Shown piece by piece: positions 25,480 through 37,650 of a stretch of 64,000 nt of DNA. The translations under genes were made by a program, and so were the position numbers. This DNA comes from Epiperipatus broadwayi. Its lineage: Eukaryota > Animalia > Onychophora. Where the stretch lies: NCBI GenBank assembly GCA_028023455.1, contig JAQFVV010000006.1:6262001-6326000 (forward strand). The letters are read 5' to 3'. Position 1 is the stretch's first letter, and each line of letters begins with the position of its first letter. Below the pieces are notes generated by a model. The model was given only the letters and a program-made list of their open reading frames with translations. It was not told the origin of the DNA and ran no database searches.

Positions 25480-25925
25480 TTTATTATGTGAACATCCATT
25501 TGCAGTTACATGGGTAATGCAGACATCCACTTAAAATTGCTTTTATCATGTGAATATCCATTTCACATTGACTATTATGTGAACGTTCATTTACAGTTGC
25601 TGCTGACATATGAACTTCTATATACAGCAGTTCATATCATGTGAACAATGATTTACAATTGCTTCTACCATGTGAACATCCAATTAAGGTTATGTCTAGC
25701 ATGTGAACTTTTATTTACTGATGCTTCTGTCATGTGAATGTTCATTTCGAGATACCATTACTAGGTGTCATTATTATGTGAATATCAATCTGTGGTTGCT
25801 ACCATCAGGTGAACATTCACTTACTATTCATTTTATCACATTAATATTTGTCTACAGTTGCTTCTAGTATGTCAACATGCTTTTAAAAATAGCTCTATCA
25901 TTTTACAATTGTTTCTATCATTAGA
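25480..25925. repeat. Degenerate ~35-40 bp minisatellite
   Basis: Recurrent catgtgaacatccatttacagttgcttctat unit, roughly 11-12 copies. Confidence 0.75.
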
Positions 25926-26277
25926 ATAATCAAAGGTTACTAAAACTTGGCCATGCAAGAGAACTTTACAATTACACTGCATATTAGCAATTTTTACAAC
26001 AACAAAAAAGTCATAAGTGTACAAAATTGATACAGAGTATATGCTCATATAGGAAATCCCCCCAACTTATGGAAATATGATCCACAATGTTTTGCATAGG
26101 TGAATTTTACATAATTTGAATTTTTTCTTCATCTGCATATTTACCATTATTATGATGCAAAATATTAAAATATTTTTAAGATATGAAAATAAGTACTACT
26201 GGTGTAAGACAAAAGATGTTCACATGACATGAGATGCTTTGCCTGGTACATCACATGTAAAAATATTTTGCACTTTT

Positions 26278-26765
26278 CACCTCTTATGCTTGTGTGATGT
26301 TTATTGGCTTAAAACCAATCCTGCCTAATAGGATAGTGGTGGCTACAGTTATTAAAGAACCAAAAAACACCAAAATGTATGGGTTCTGAACTGAGTTCAG
26401 AGCATATGACTATATAAGCTAATGGCTTGGATTGAAAACATTAAGGTGTTTTCAGTTTAAGACTCATAGTTTTGTAGTTAAGTGGATATAAAAGGTGGCT
26501 GCTGGAGGGTTGCATTAGATCCTAAGATCTAGTGTAGTGCTCTCAGATCCAAGGCTCCTCACTGATGAAGGCCACAGGCCCGAAACTAATCTGGGGATAT
26601 TGGATAAGTAGGCACTAGATGGGATTTTATGCACAAGCCTTCTGGCAGCCATTGATTACTCTAGTTTGCTGTGTGTGGCAATACGTATAGTGAGTTTTAC
26701 CTGTTTTAACAACAGTTATACACAAGCATAAGAGGTGGTGGTCATGTGAGGTTTATTGTTTAATG
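26278..26765 (+). mobile_element. Family B full monomer (~452 nt) with terminal redundancy and an 18-bp inverted arm; hammerhead at 26547-26605
   Basis: tgtga(t/g)gtttattg at 26293 and 26745; ATCCAA-GGC-TCCTCA-CTGATGA-A-GGC-CACAG-GCC-C-GAAA-CTAA-TC^-TGGGGA-TA-TTGGAT. Confidence 0.9.
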
Positions 26766-26827
26766 CTCAAACAGGATCTTTAGCAACAAGAGAATATACA
26801 CATAAATGAAAAAATATGGGTGATTTA

Positions 26828-26900
26828 GTCTGCAAATTGTGTTAGGAAGGCATACAAAAAATTAGGCATTTGTTAATTGAATGTAAATGCTTGAAATCAG
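26828..26900 (+). pseudogene. LINE ORF2 C-terminal CCHC zinc-knuckle relic
   Basis: Translates to VCKLC*EGIQKIRHLLIECKCL (Cx2C-x8-H-x4-C). Confidence 0.5.
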
Positions 26901-27489
26901 AAAGGGTACAAATAATGATGTTATGGAAGAGTAAATATGAACAAAGTGAATATACAGAAAAAATATTATTGGTTTTTATGCTGGGTTTGGGAAAAGTTAG
27001 GGGGATTTAGATATAAAGTCCGTAGAGTTGACAAAGATTATGTTGTAAAAATGGGATGGAGCAGATTATGGGAAAGCTTAGGGTGGGGAATGGAAAGGGA
27101 AAGTAAAGTGGCTAACAGGTTTCTCTGGAAATAGTTGTTGAGAGATTCCTGACTCTGTTTAAGGAGATGTCACAATGCATCACATCACATCACTGATTTT
27201 AAAAAAAATAATACTTATGAGGCTTGCCATTTGTCAATTCAAATAGTTCTTTATCTTCAATTTACTCTCTAGTTAAGAATATCTAAATACCTATTTACCA
27301 ACCAATATTGTAAGGTTAGCTAGATTGATTATGAGGCACCTATTATGTGAAGAAAATCTTAAAACATCTTGGCTTAAAAATGGTAAACATGGCAAGAAGA
27401 TGTGCTATCTCTTCAATAGGAGATTATTCTTAGAATAAATAAAATAATTTATGTCTACTAATACCTATGCACATATATAATTATAAATA

Positions 27490-28020
27490 AAATAGAATTT
27501 TATATAATATTACAATTAAAAACAAAATTTTACTAAAATTCATCTACAAACATGTTTTCATCTATTATCAAATAGACTTTTTCAAGCAAAATTCAAAATA
27601 AACGTATAACATATATATACAAAACCAAATAGCCTTCCCATCATTCACTTCAAAAATTAACTTCCTTTAACTTCAAATATCTTCACGAGACTAATGGCCT
27701 CAGGTTCAAAAAATGTTATCATCAAAATCAATCAAAGGATGTCTTTATGAGATTATGCCTCAGATTCAAAAAATTTTATCTCAAAGTTACTTTCACAATA
27801 AATTTTTTTGAATCTGAGACCATAAATCTCAGGAAGACATCCGTTGATGATAAAGGAAGTTAGTTTTTGAAGTGAATGATGGGATATATGTTGTATGTTG
27901 AGTTGAATTTCATCTGAAAAGGTATATTTGTTAATAGAAGAAATAATGGTTGAAGAAACATTTTAGTAAAATTGTTGTTTTTTTTGGTTAGTATTGTAAT
28001 GTTATACGCATTTCTATTAT
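27490..28020. mobile_element. Family I twin-arm element, no ribozyme recognised (second copy ~56360-56680)
   Basis: cccatcattcacttcaaaaattaacttccttta inverted with taaaggaagttagtttttgaagtgaatgatggg; outer arms aattttactaaaa / ttttagtaaaatt. Confidence 0.7.
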
Positions 28021-28834
28021 ATATATATATATTTGTTACTGTGTGTGGTTTAGCATAGTAGTAAAGTGTTGAATTCAAGAGCTAAAGGTACCTGAATCAA
28101 ATTCTAGCCTATCATTTCTCGTGCTCAAAATTATATGATGTTCAGAGTAAGTAATTCTTCGATTATTGCTATAAACAAAAACAGCATTGTAAGTATCATT
28201 AACCATATTTACATTGAATCTGAAATAAATAACAGAAATCACTATCAATTTTAAGTTTAATCATTTTTTGATTTTAACGACTGTCCACCAATATTGACCT
28301 TAAACAGTTTCTCCTCATCTAGATCTACATCTTCGTTTCTCATCATTTAGTCCAAAAAAAGTTTAACAAAGCAGTTCAATTTTACTAGAAACATTTTTTG
28401 AAATAAGTGATGCTTACCATTTGTAAAATCTTTTCTATGCAGAAAATCAATCAAAGACTTTTAAAAAAAATAAATGGACCATATATCTAAAGCTTAGGAC
28501 CTATTGGATTAAAATTAAACGTAATGAGATTATTTATCATCCCTCTTATATATATTTAACTTTCAGCTCTTAAATTTGAAAATAATAGCACTCAACTTTA
28601 TACTTCTTTTAAAGTAAATAAAAAGGACTTTTCTATTTTTATACTTTATAAATAATATGTCTAAAATACTGGAAAAAATAGATAAATGAATTTTGTGAAA
28701 ACCTTTTAATAATTTTTATACACATTTTATATTATTTTATCTTTAACTTTAAATGCAAATACCAAATATATATTTAAATATGTAACTATAAAATAATCAG
28801 AATTAATATTAAAAAAGAAACAAAAAATGTATAA

Positions 28835-29210
28835 GATATATGAGCTCCGATTTTCACACGACCCTCCACTCTATCTCATAACACTGATACATCTGAACAC
28901 ATATATGTCGAAAAGATAAATAATCACCAATATATGTATTTCATGCTAAACCAGCAATCATCAGTGGTCCAGATTATCATCTCTACACATACGCAATAAG
29001 TGCTCAGATATATATTAAGATAATCCAATCTTCATATTTTAATGGACATGCTTCAATCCACTCCAACTCTTAAACCATCCATCCAATTGAAAATCTGATG
29101 ATAGAACATTCAAAGGCCATCCTGAGGGTGAGATTCTTGTCACACCCATGTTGACCTAAAGTCAATCTGAGCCCTCATGTACAGGGCATAATCCATTTAT
29201 ACATATACAA
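28835..29210 (-). mobile_element. Family A element, HHR at 28921-28975 (-) with a 1-nt stem I deletion
   Basis: Consensus match; CTGATGA and GAAA retained. Confidence 0.85.
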
Positions 29211-29589
29211 ACTATGTAATAAAATAGTTTGATCTGGGATAAAAATAAGTTAATCTGTAGCTTAATAAATAATAATTACTACGATTTAATCTGAAGGTGA
29301 CAAATTTCCTTCCCTTATAATTATGGCATCAGTCTCCCCAAATAAACATCTTAATGATTATTGGGAAGCATTTATTAGGCTAGAAATTTTCACATCATTT
29401 TTATCCCAGATATCCACTTTAAAAGATTAACATAACTATTATTATTAAATATAATCGCGTAAAACAATTAATTCAATTGCATGACACCTTTGCTATATGT
29501 AATAATTTAAATACTTTTATAATTTTCCATTTTACTACATGTATTTTGATCACATAAATAAGTATATTTCAAAGACGTGAAATATTATA

Positions 29590-29998
29590 TGGGCCAACTG
29601 AAGAGTGCTGATTCAGCATAAAATGCATTTGGGGATCAATTATCTTTTTATAATGACTTTATTCAAGGGAAATTTATATTTATTACATGATTACCATTTT
29701 TTATGATCACGGAATCTATCAAAACTGTAGCAACTTTTTCCATACACTAGTGCTGTCTAGTGTAAGCTATAGTAATCAGTGAATGCTTTTTAATTAAAAG
29801 ATGGTTGCTGAAAGGGTACATTTCCAAAGATCTAGATCCATTGCTTTCAGATCCAAGACTCTTCATTGATGAAAGTCATAAGCTAGAAACTAGTCTAAAA
29901 ATATTGAATGATTATGCACTAAATAGTGATTTAAATGCATGAGCCATCTGGCATCTCTTTATTAGTATATCTTGCACTAGGTGGCACTATTGTAGGAA
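29590..29998. mobile_element. Family A HHR fragment (29594-29640) and decayed family B twin-arm element (29683-29998)
   Basis: ccaaCTGAAGAgtgctgattcagcataaaa; ttgatgaaagtcataagctagaaactagtc. Confidence 0.7.
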
Positions 29999-31383
29999 AA
30001 AAAATCATATATTAAAATTATATTTAATAATAATAATGTACTTAACACTATGGGTAGTTTGGTGCAGTCATGGTATGGCAGACTGGAATTTAAGAATCAT
30101 GGATTGTGTGCAGTTCTGGTACATCTGATGTTCAAACTTCTTAGGAATTTGCACACAATAAACCATTCAATTATTTTAATGTATTTGCCTAAAACAGACA
30201 TTATCAAATGTATGAGAGTAAAAACAAATGCAGTTCCAGATTATTAAAAAATGACAACTAAAATGCCATTGTTTGAGAGATTGTGCAAAATTGAATACAA
30301 AAATGATAGAAGAGACTTTGATATTAGAACCTTATGTTCTTAAAGTGCTCATGTTACTGCCACACTGCTGTGTCCACAAAGTATGGCTCGGTGGCCAGCA
30401 AATGAATGTATACATAAAAAACTTACAATATTTTAAGTAATCAGAATAACGAATAGTCTGCAACAATACGATTCCTACAATGTACTTTCAGGCTAGCTGC
30501 TACAAAAATGGTTCCCAATGGGCTCGGTTTGCACACCTCTTGGCCCCAGTCCAGTTTAGCTGCACACAAACTTGTCATAGTATAGCACTGTGACTGACAT
30601 AAACTCCATTCAGCTTCCATCTCTGCAACAGTGCACATGTAACTCCACTTGAAACTGCTGGAAACTCAACTCTTCATTTAGCTGCTATCTGAATAGTTTC
30701 CTCATGCTATGGTCTCCCAATCTCTGTGAGCCTATTCAGCTATTTCCCATGAACCCATTTCCACTGAGCACTGCACATTAACCAAAGCACTGACACTAGA
30801 TCTCTCCTACATCAGAATTGAACTGTAATCCTGGAGATGCACTCGAACAGCCTGATGTACTTGTTAGTACATTTTTTATAGCTTTCTGATAACTATTACA
30901 ATTAATTATCTTCTCCATATAAGGTAAGGTCTCTTATCTAGAAATATTTGCAATCAGCAAATATTTATCGATCACCATTACATTAATACTTTATTTAAAT
31001 TTTTATCAGTTATCAGTTTGTGATCTAAAAAAATCTCTAATAAATTCTAGTTTTTCTGGAGTGCACAAATTTGTGTAAAACTTTTACAAAATACAACACA
31101 CACAAAACAGTGTTAGGCCGAAAAATAAACGCATTATAATAATTTAATAGTCAGTTGAATATCACCGCTTTGGAACTTCTCGTGTGGAGCATAGGTCTGC
31201 AACCACTTTCCTCTTACTAATCCTTATGCAATTTAGCAATGAAGTACAGAGAAATGTGTTCAATAATAGTGAGGAATGAAAAATAAAATCATGGGTGAGA
31301 AAACAAATATATTGTTAACATCATTGAAAAAATTAAAAGTTTGAAATGGAACTGCAAGAGAAATATTGCTAGAAAAGATAATA

Positions 31384-31486
31384 GTCGAGCGTCGGTGGTC
31401 GAAAATTCAGCACGGCTGCCTTACAAGCAGTTGTCCTGGGTTAGTGGGTTTACTTCCCCGTCGATGCTGTGACACATGAGAAAAAA
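31384..31486 (+). mobile_element. ~100 bp tRNA-like SINE
   Basis: Same family, several CpGs retained, A-tail. Confidence 0.75.
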
Positions 31487-32299
31487 CGAAAAGATGATAA
31501 TATACAGGAAGTTGAAGCCCCTTAAGCTACATCCCAAAGGGATTTTAAAAGATATAGAAACAGATCACTTATAAAATGAATGGAGTGATGTGGAAAAATG
31601 AACTATGGATAAGAAAAATTGCATTAAACTTGGAGGGAGTGATAATATTTAATGATGATGATAATGATATTTTTGAAATAATTCTATTTTCACTTTATTC
31701 TAAGGAAACTTAAAAATTCTTTTTTTAAACAAACTGTAATATTTTTTCAGTCTAATATAATATTAAAACTCAATTTGCCAGATCTCTGCAGGCAAAAAAT
31801 CTTTAAAAATTCATGCAACTTTTATGGTTCTCCAATATCAATAATGGCTAGAATCTAGTAATAAAAATGATTATTTAAATCTTGTTTTAAAGTTTAATAA
31901 CTTTATTTTATAAAATGATTTTAAAATTATGTCTAAAGAGTAAATGATAAAGATTAAGAATTTAAATCATCAAACATATGATGATTTCATCTTGGGGGCT
32001 CAGTTTTATTATACACTGATAGTCAAAACAGACCAATGGAGCCCACAGATCATGTTTCTGTCATTGTTATGCATCACTACAACATAAAGCTTGGTTTTTT
32101 TTAAAAAGTGCACATCTAATTCATGCTTATTTACATTTGACTTTTTTTTAAGATATTATTTTTTTACCATTAACAAATTGGGCTTATTTTGCAATAAATG
32201 GAATTGGTCTACATAATGTGCCACAATTGAAAGGCATCTGGTTCTCTCCTTCTGACACAAACATTTCTAAGTTACATGTTACATAGAGATGCTGTTTAG

Positions 32300-32560
32300 A
32301 TTTCACTATGAAAATTTTAAATTGTTACAAGTCTGGATTGGTTTACAACATTAAATGTGACCATGTGTTGCACACCTTCATCAAATTATCTTTAATTTCT
32401 CACTGCCAATATTAATTCTTGCAAACCATTTGAGAACGTTCTTGCATTCATAGTTTCAGTGCCATCGACAATGTGAAACATTTCAAACACACTAATTTAT
32501 GTTAGTTCATTCTTGTATAATGGATTAAGATACACATTGTCACATTTCATATCTTAACTC
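32300..32560 (-). pseudogene. Possible mariner transposase N-terminal (HTH) relic
   Basis: Frameshifted TMNARTF / KWFARINIGSEKLK resembles mariner ERT...KWFARFRSG..L.D; short and degraded. Confidence 0.35.
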
Positions 32561-32907
32561 ATTATCCAGTCAAGCTAGCATCTTAAAATTCTTTTGATGA
32601 GATGTTAAGTACTTCATTTTTTGATTCAGAGATGGTGCTTCATGCAGTTTGGACAATAAACCAGTCATCTTTTCATTGGAACACTGTATTTTGCTCCCCA
32701 TTTTACACAAACTGTAAATAAATAATCAGTGAACACACTGATAACAATATCTACAGGTTTTAATGATAATGTCTGGTCATAAAATGGTTTCTCTTCAAAC
32801 AAACTCAGAAATGTCGCTTAAAGTCCATATGCCCAGACTTCCTGTTAACCAAGGTTGAACAGTTACAAAATCCTTTTTATTTCCTTATTTTACTATATTA
32901 TTTCATA

Positions 32908-34179
32908 ACTGAAACACAGGCTTGTTATATACCTGTGGCTATATATATGTAATATAGGGTATATGAGCACAGACTTTCACACCACCCACCACTCTCTACT
33001 CTATCTAATAACACTGATACACCTAAACACATATATGCTGAAAAGATAAATAATCACCAATATACGTATTTCATGCTAAACCAGCAATCATCAGTTGGTC
33101 CAGACTATCATCTTTACACACATATACAGTATAAGTGCTCAGATATATATTGAGATAGACTATCCTCATATTTTAATGGACAGGCTTCAATCCACTCCAC
33201 ACTCCAACTCTTCAACCGTCCATCCAATTGAAAATCTGATGATGGAATGCTCAAAGGCCACCCTGTGTTTCGGTTATTACATTATAGAGATGTCTGCCCA
33301 TCCTTGCATATGTATTAAATGGATTATGTCCTGTACATGTGGGATTCAGATTGACCTTAGGTCAACATGGGTGTGACAATAATCTCAGCCTCAGGGTGGC
33401 CTTTGAGCATTCCATCATCAGATTTTCAATTGGATGGACGGTTGAAGAGTTGGAGTGTGGAGTGGATTGAAGCCTGTCCATTAAAATATGAGGATAGTCT
33501 ATCTCAATATATATCTGAGCACTTATACTGTATATGTGTGTAAAGATGATAGTCTGGACCAACTGATGATTGCTGGTTTAGCATGAAATACGTATATTGG
33601 TGATTATTTATCTTTTCAGCATATATGTGTTTAGGTGTATCAGTGTTATTAGATAGAGTGGAGAAAGGTGGGTGGTGTGAAAGTCTGTGCTCATATACCC
33701 TATATTACATATATATAGCCACAGGTATATAACAAGCCTGTGTTTCAGTTATTACATTATAGAGATGTCTGCCCATCCTTGCATATATATTAAATGGATT
33801 ATGTCCTGTACATGTGAGGTTCAGATTGACCTTAGGTCAACATGGGTGTGACAATAATCTCAGCCTCAGGGTGGCCTTTGAGCATTCCATCAGATTTTCA
33901 ATTGGATGGACGGTTGAAGAGTTGAAGTGTGGAGTGGATTGACGCCTGTCCATTAAAATATGAGGATAGTCTATCTCAATATATATCTGAGCACTTATAC
34001 TGTATATGTGTGTAAAGATGATAGTCTGGACCAACTGATGATTGCTGGTTTAGCATGAAATACGTATATTGGTGATTATTTATCTTTTCAGCATATATGT
34101 GTTTAGGTGTATCAGTGTTATTAGATAGAGTGGAGAGAGGTGGGTGGTGTGAAAGTCTGTGCTCATATACCTTATATTA
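32908..34179. mobile_element. Family A composite insertion: antisense arm plus head-to-tail sense dimer, 14-bp TSD, three intact hammerheads (33051-33108 -, 33550-33606 +, 34022-34078 +)
   Basis: TSD tatattatttcata at 32894-32907 and 34180-34193; 475-bp period (33262 vs 33737); HHR TAGTC-TGG-ACCAA-CTGATGA-TTGCTGGTTTAGCAT-GAAA-TACGTA-TA^-TTGGT-GATTA. Confidence 0.93.
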
Positions 34180-34247
34180 TATATTATTTCATATAAATAC
34201 AATTATTTTCTTTATTTTACGTACTTTATCACAATCTTTTATATATA

Positions 34248-34286
34248 AACTGATGTTTCAACTGTTCTGCAGTCTTCTTCAGAGTT
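34248..34286 (-). ncRNA. Minimal PLE-type hammerhead (family E)
   Basis: AACT-CTGAAGA-A-GACTG-CAGAA-CAGTT-GAAA-CA-TC^-AGTT; decayed inverted partner at ~34550-34590. Confidence 0.75.
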
Positions 34287-35094
34287 GGATTATTTTATAA
34301 CAAGTAAGAAAATGATCACAGGAATTTGAGCATGTGTTAATACCAAATATAGACCATTAAAATACTAACCTAATAATTTTTGAAGATTGTTACATTCAAC
34401 ATGCAATATTTTTAAAGCAGTAAAGTGAAAAATTAAATAATTATTAGATCAATTAAATATCTATCAGGTCAATAATTTAGTAAATAATATTTGTTATCAA
34501 CACATGGCCACATTTCTATGATCATTTTTTTAAAATAAAGTAATTTTATTCTAAAGAAGACTGCAGAATCATCAAAACATTAGTCTACATATAAAGTTTG
34601 CAATAAAGTGTTCAAGTTGAACAGCCTTTCACTCCAAAATGCAACAGAAAATAATACAATTTGGATGCTATAATATGTTGGATTATTTCCATTATCTATC
34701 ATTAAATGTTGAAAGTCTAGAAAATTTTAAACTTTATTTAAACTTTCCAAATACAAACAACTGTTATTAATAACACATAAATAGACAACACAGATTAGTA
34801 GACTACACAAATGTTATTATTATTGGTTCTTCTTAAGGTATTGATGGCCTGACCAGAGATGATATTAGCATAGAAGTCAAGCTCTCACTACCACTGTTAA
34901 AGGCACAATAGCTCAATTAGTTAGAGCAGTGTCTTAAAATTCAATGTGAGGTTGACTCCTATGCTAATAGTGTCACTGGCCAGACCAGCAACACCCAAAG
35001 AAGAGCAAAGAATGATACCACTTGAAGCATTGTGCAATGTCTATTTATGTGGAATAGTTGTTTGTATTTGAAAAGTTTAAACACAAGCTTATTA

Positions 35095-35410
35095 AATTGA
35101 GTCATGTGACATCTGGCTTGGATTTTTTTGTAATTTTATTTTTTGCTATTAAGGCTTTGGTAATTTTATATTGCTAAAGCTATTAATATATGGTGTATCT
35201 GAACTTTGTTCAGTCCCATATGGCTATTTAAGTTAGATAGTTGGATTGGAAGACATATGGATATCTGAAAATTTCAGATTTTCTATTAATAGTTATATAT
35301 TAGATAAAGTGCTCGGCTTGTCTTGGTATTTTTAATCTAATGCTTGAATATCCTGGCCCCTCACTGATGACTCCAGTAGCAGAAACTGGTCTGGGGTTGG
35401 GTATATTCTC
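35095..35410 (+). mobile_element. Family C element, hammerhead at 35359-35396 with disrupted stem II
   Basis: CCTCA-CTGATGA-ctccagtagca-GAAA-CTGG-TC^-TGGGG; body homologous to 20175-20460. Confidence 0.75.
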
Positions 35411-35789
35411 AAATCTTGTTAAAAGTTTATTTTGCGAGCTCTATATATAACATTTAGTGAGAGATTGAGGGAAATAGTCCAACGTATTATAATATCTAAA
35501 ATACCATCATCACAGATCTTCAGGCAAATAACAATAGAATTTAAATATTTTAAGTAACAACAAAACGTGTTCTAAATCATGCAAATAATAAAGGATCATG
35601 TCAATTTAAATTACAGGTATCTATTTAAAAGCATGCATACATTTAGATATCATTATTATGCTGTTTCACATTAATAATGATTACGTCCGAAATTATTAAT
35701 ACTTTACTAACTCAGATTAATCAATCAATAGTATTTTGTCCTATAAACAGATCCAGAGAACAGTCACATAATAAATTTCATATATTTTT

Positions 35790-36540
35790 CTGTTTCATTC
35801 TCTTCATTGCCTAGCTCTTCATTTTCAAGCATCTCTTCACATATCTCTTAATTCATCCAGCATGATCAATCTTCTCTATCATTTTCATCATTATTTTCTC
35901 CAAAATATTTTTCATTAATTATTCTTTCTTCTTAATATATGTCCAATCCAGTTTATAACTCTAATTTCTTCAATCTTCTTTTTTTATTATTTACTCTTTT
36001 CAAAACATTCTCATTTATTGTTTTCTTCATCCAACTATTTTTTCCCACTCTTCTCCATGACCACACATCAAAGACTTCCAATATGTTTCTATTTTTTTTA
36101 CTCATTGCTCACATTTTACAACCATACAAGAGTACACTCCACACATAGCAATTCATTAAACTTTTCTTTAGTTCTCCTTTCAAAAGTCCATAAAATATTT
36201 CTTCCTTTTAATAAATACCTCTATTTTTTTACTCATTGCTCACATTTTACAACCATACAATAGTACACTCCACACATAGCAATTCATTAAACTTTTCTTT
36301 AGTTCTCCCTTAAAAAGTCCACAAAATATTTTCTTTCTTTTAATAAATACCTCTTTGGTCAATTCTATGCTTCATTTATCTTCACTTCTTCCATCATCAC
36401 TCAACCAACTACTCAAATATCTGCATTCCTTTGCCTCTTGAATTATATTAGCATGGATTTCAACACAGAGTCTTTTTTGAATTCCTCCCTATCCATAAAC
36501 ACATGGTCACCTCAATATTAATCTTTATTCCACATTCCAT
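35790..36540 (-). pseudogene. RTE-clade LINE 3' fragment with an internal ~125-bp tandem duplication
   Basis: Minus strand gives CYVWSVLLYGC..W...EVFDVWSWRR...SW...NENVLKRV...NWIGHILRR; duplicate copies at ~36105-36230 and 36230-36355. Confidence 0.8.
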
Positions 36541-36639
36541 ACATTTTTTCTACAATTATTATCTCAGATATATATTTTAATTTTATATTAAAGATTAAAT
36601 ATATAATATTTAAATACATGTACATTGTTTATATTAAAT

Positions 36640-37650
36640 TTAATGTAATTAGAAGGGACTTAAACTCAGACTTTCAAGCCCCCTACAGCTATCCATTCCA
36701 TCTTATACAACTGATACACTTGACCACATACATGTGAAAAAGATTAATGGTGACAATGTACATATTTCATGCTTAACTAGCACTCATCAGTTGGTCCAGA
36801 TCACCATCTCCCACATATATATTTATAATCAGTGATCTGTTTATATTAAGATAGCAAATCTTTAAATGCTCTCCCCTTCAACTCTTCAGCCATCCATGTT
36901 ATTGAAAATCCAAGGATGTAATGCTCAAAGCCCTTGTTGATGCCAATATTATTGTCATACCTAATTTGATTTTAAGTCACTCTGACTTATTACATATAAG
37001 ACCTTAATATGCCCATTAAAATATACTGAAGAAGGATGGCCACAATACAGGATGAATAAGTAATATTTAAAGACATGTATATTTATCTTTTATACATGTA
37101 TGTGATCATGTGGATCAGCTGTATAAGATAGAGTGGCTACCTTAGAAAGCTTGAAAGTCTGAGTTCAAATTCTTTCTAATTACATTAAGTTTATTATAGG
37201 CAATATACATGTATTTAAATATTACATATTCAGCCTATATTCTGCCCATCTTTCTTCTGTATATTTTGAATAGATATATTAAGGTCTTATATGTGAGGAG
37301 TCAGAGTGACAATGTCAACATGGGTATGACAATAATATTAATATCAACAAGGCTTTGAGCAGTACATCCTCAGATTTTCAACAATATGGATGGTTAAAGA
37401 GTGGAGACGATTGAAGCTTGTTCATTAAAGTTTGAAGATTTGCTATCTTAATATAAAAAAGAAAACTGATTGTATATATGTGTGGAAGATGGTGATCTGG
37501 ACCTAATGATGAGGGCTAATTCAGCACAAAATATGTATATTGGAGATCATTTATCTTTTTCACATGTATGGTTATCTGTATTGGTTGTATAAGATAGAAT
37601 GGACAGCTGTAGAGAGCTTGAAAGTCTGACTTTCAGTTCTTTCTAATTAG
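36640..37650. mobile_element. Older family A subfamily: antisense arm plus two sense segments, decayed HHRs
   Basis: gcactcatcagttggtccagatc (36780) and the inverse at 37495-37550. Confidence 0.8.

Noticed and set aside
30440-30860. GC-richer stretch with a 65-aa ORF
   Set aside because: No recognisable domain, LTR termini or second copy
33230-33265. Second CTGATGA in family A on the strand opposite the HHR (possible minus-polarity hammerhead or C/D box)
   Set aside because: Followed by GAGA rather than GAAA, and the flanks (gaaaat / acaccc) cannot form stem I
33095-34034. Repeated MVQTIIFTHI... ORFs and similar 65-93 aa ORFs at 7.4-8.1 kb
   Set aside because: Chance reading frames in non-coding family A repeats; frames are not conserved between copies
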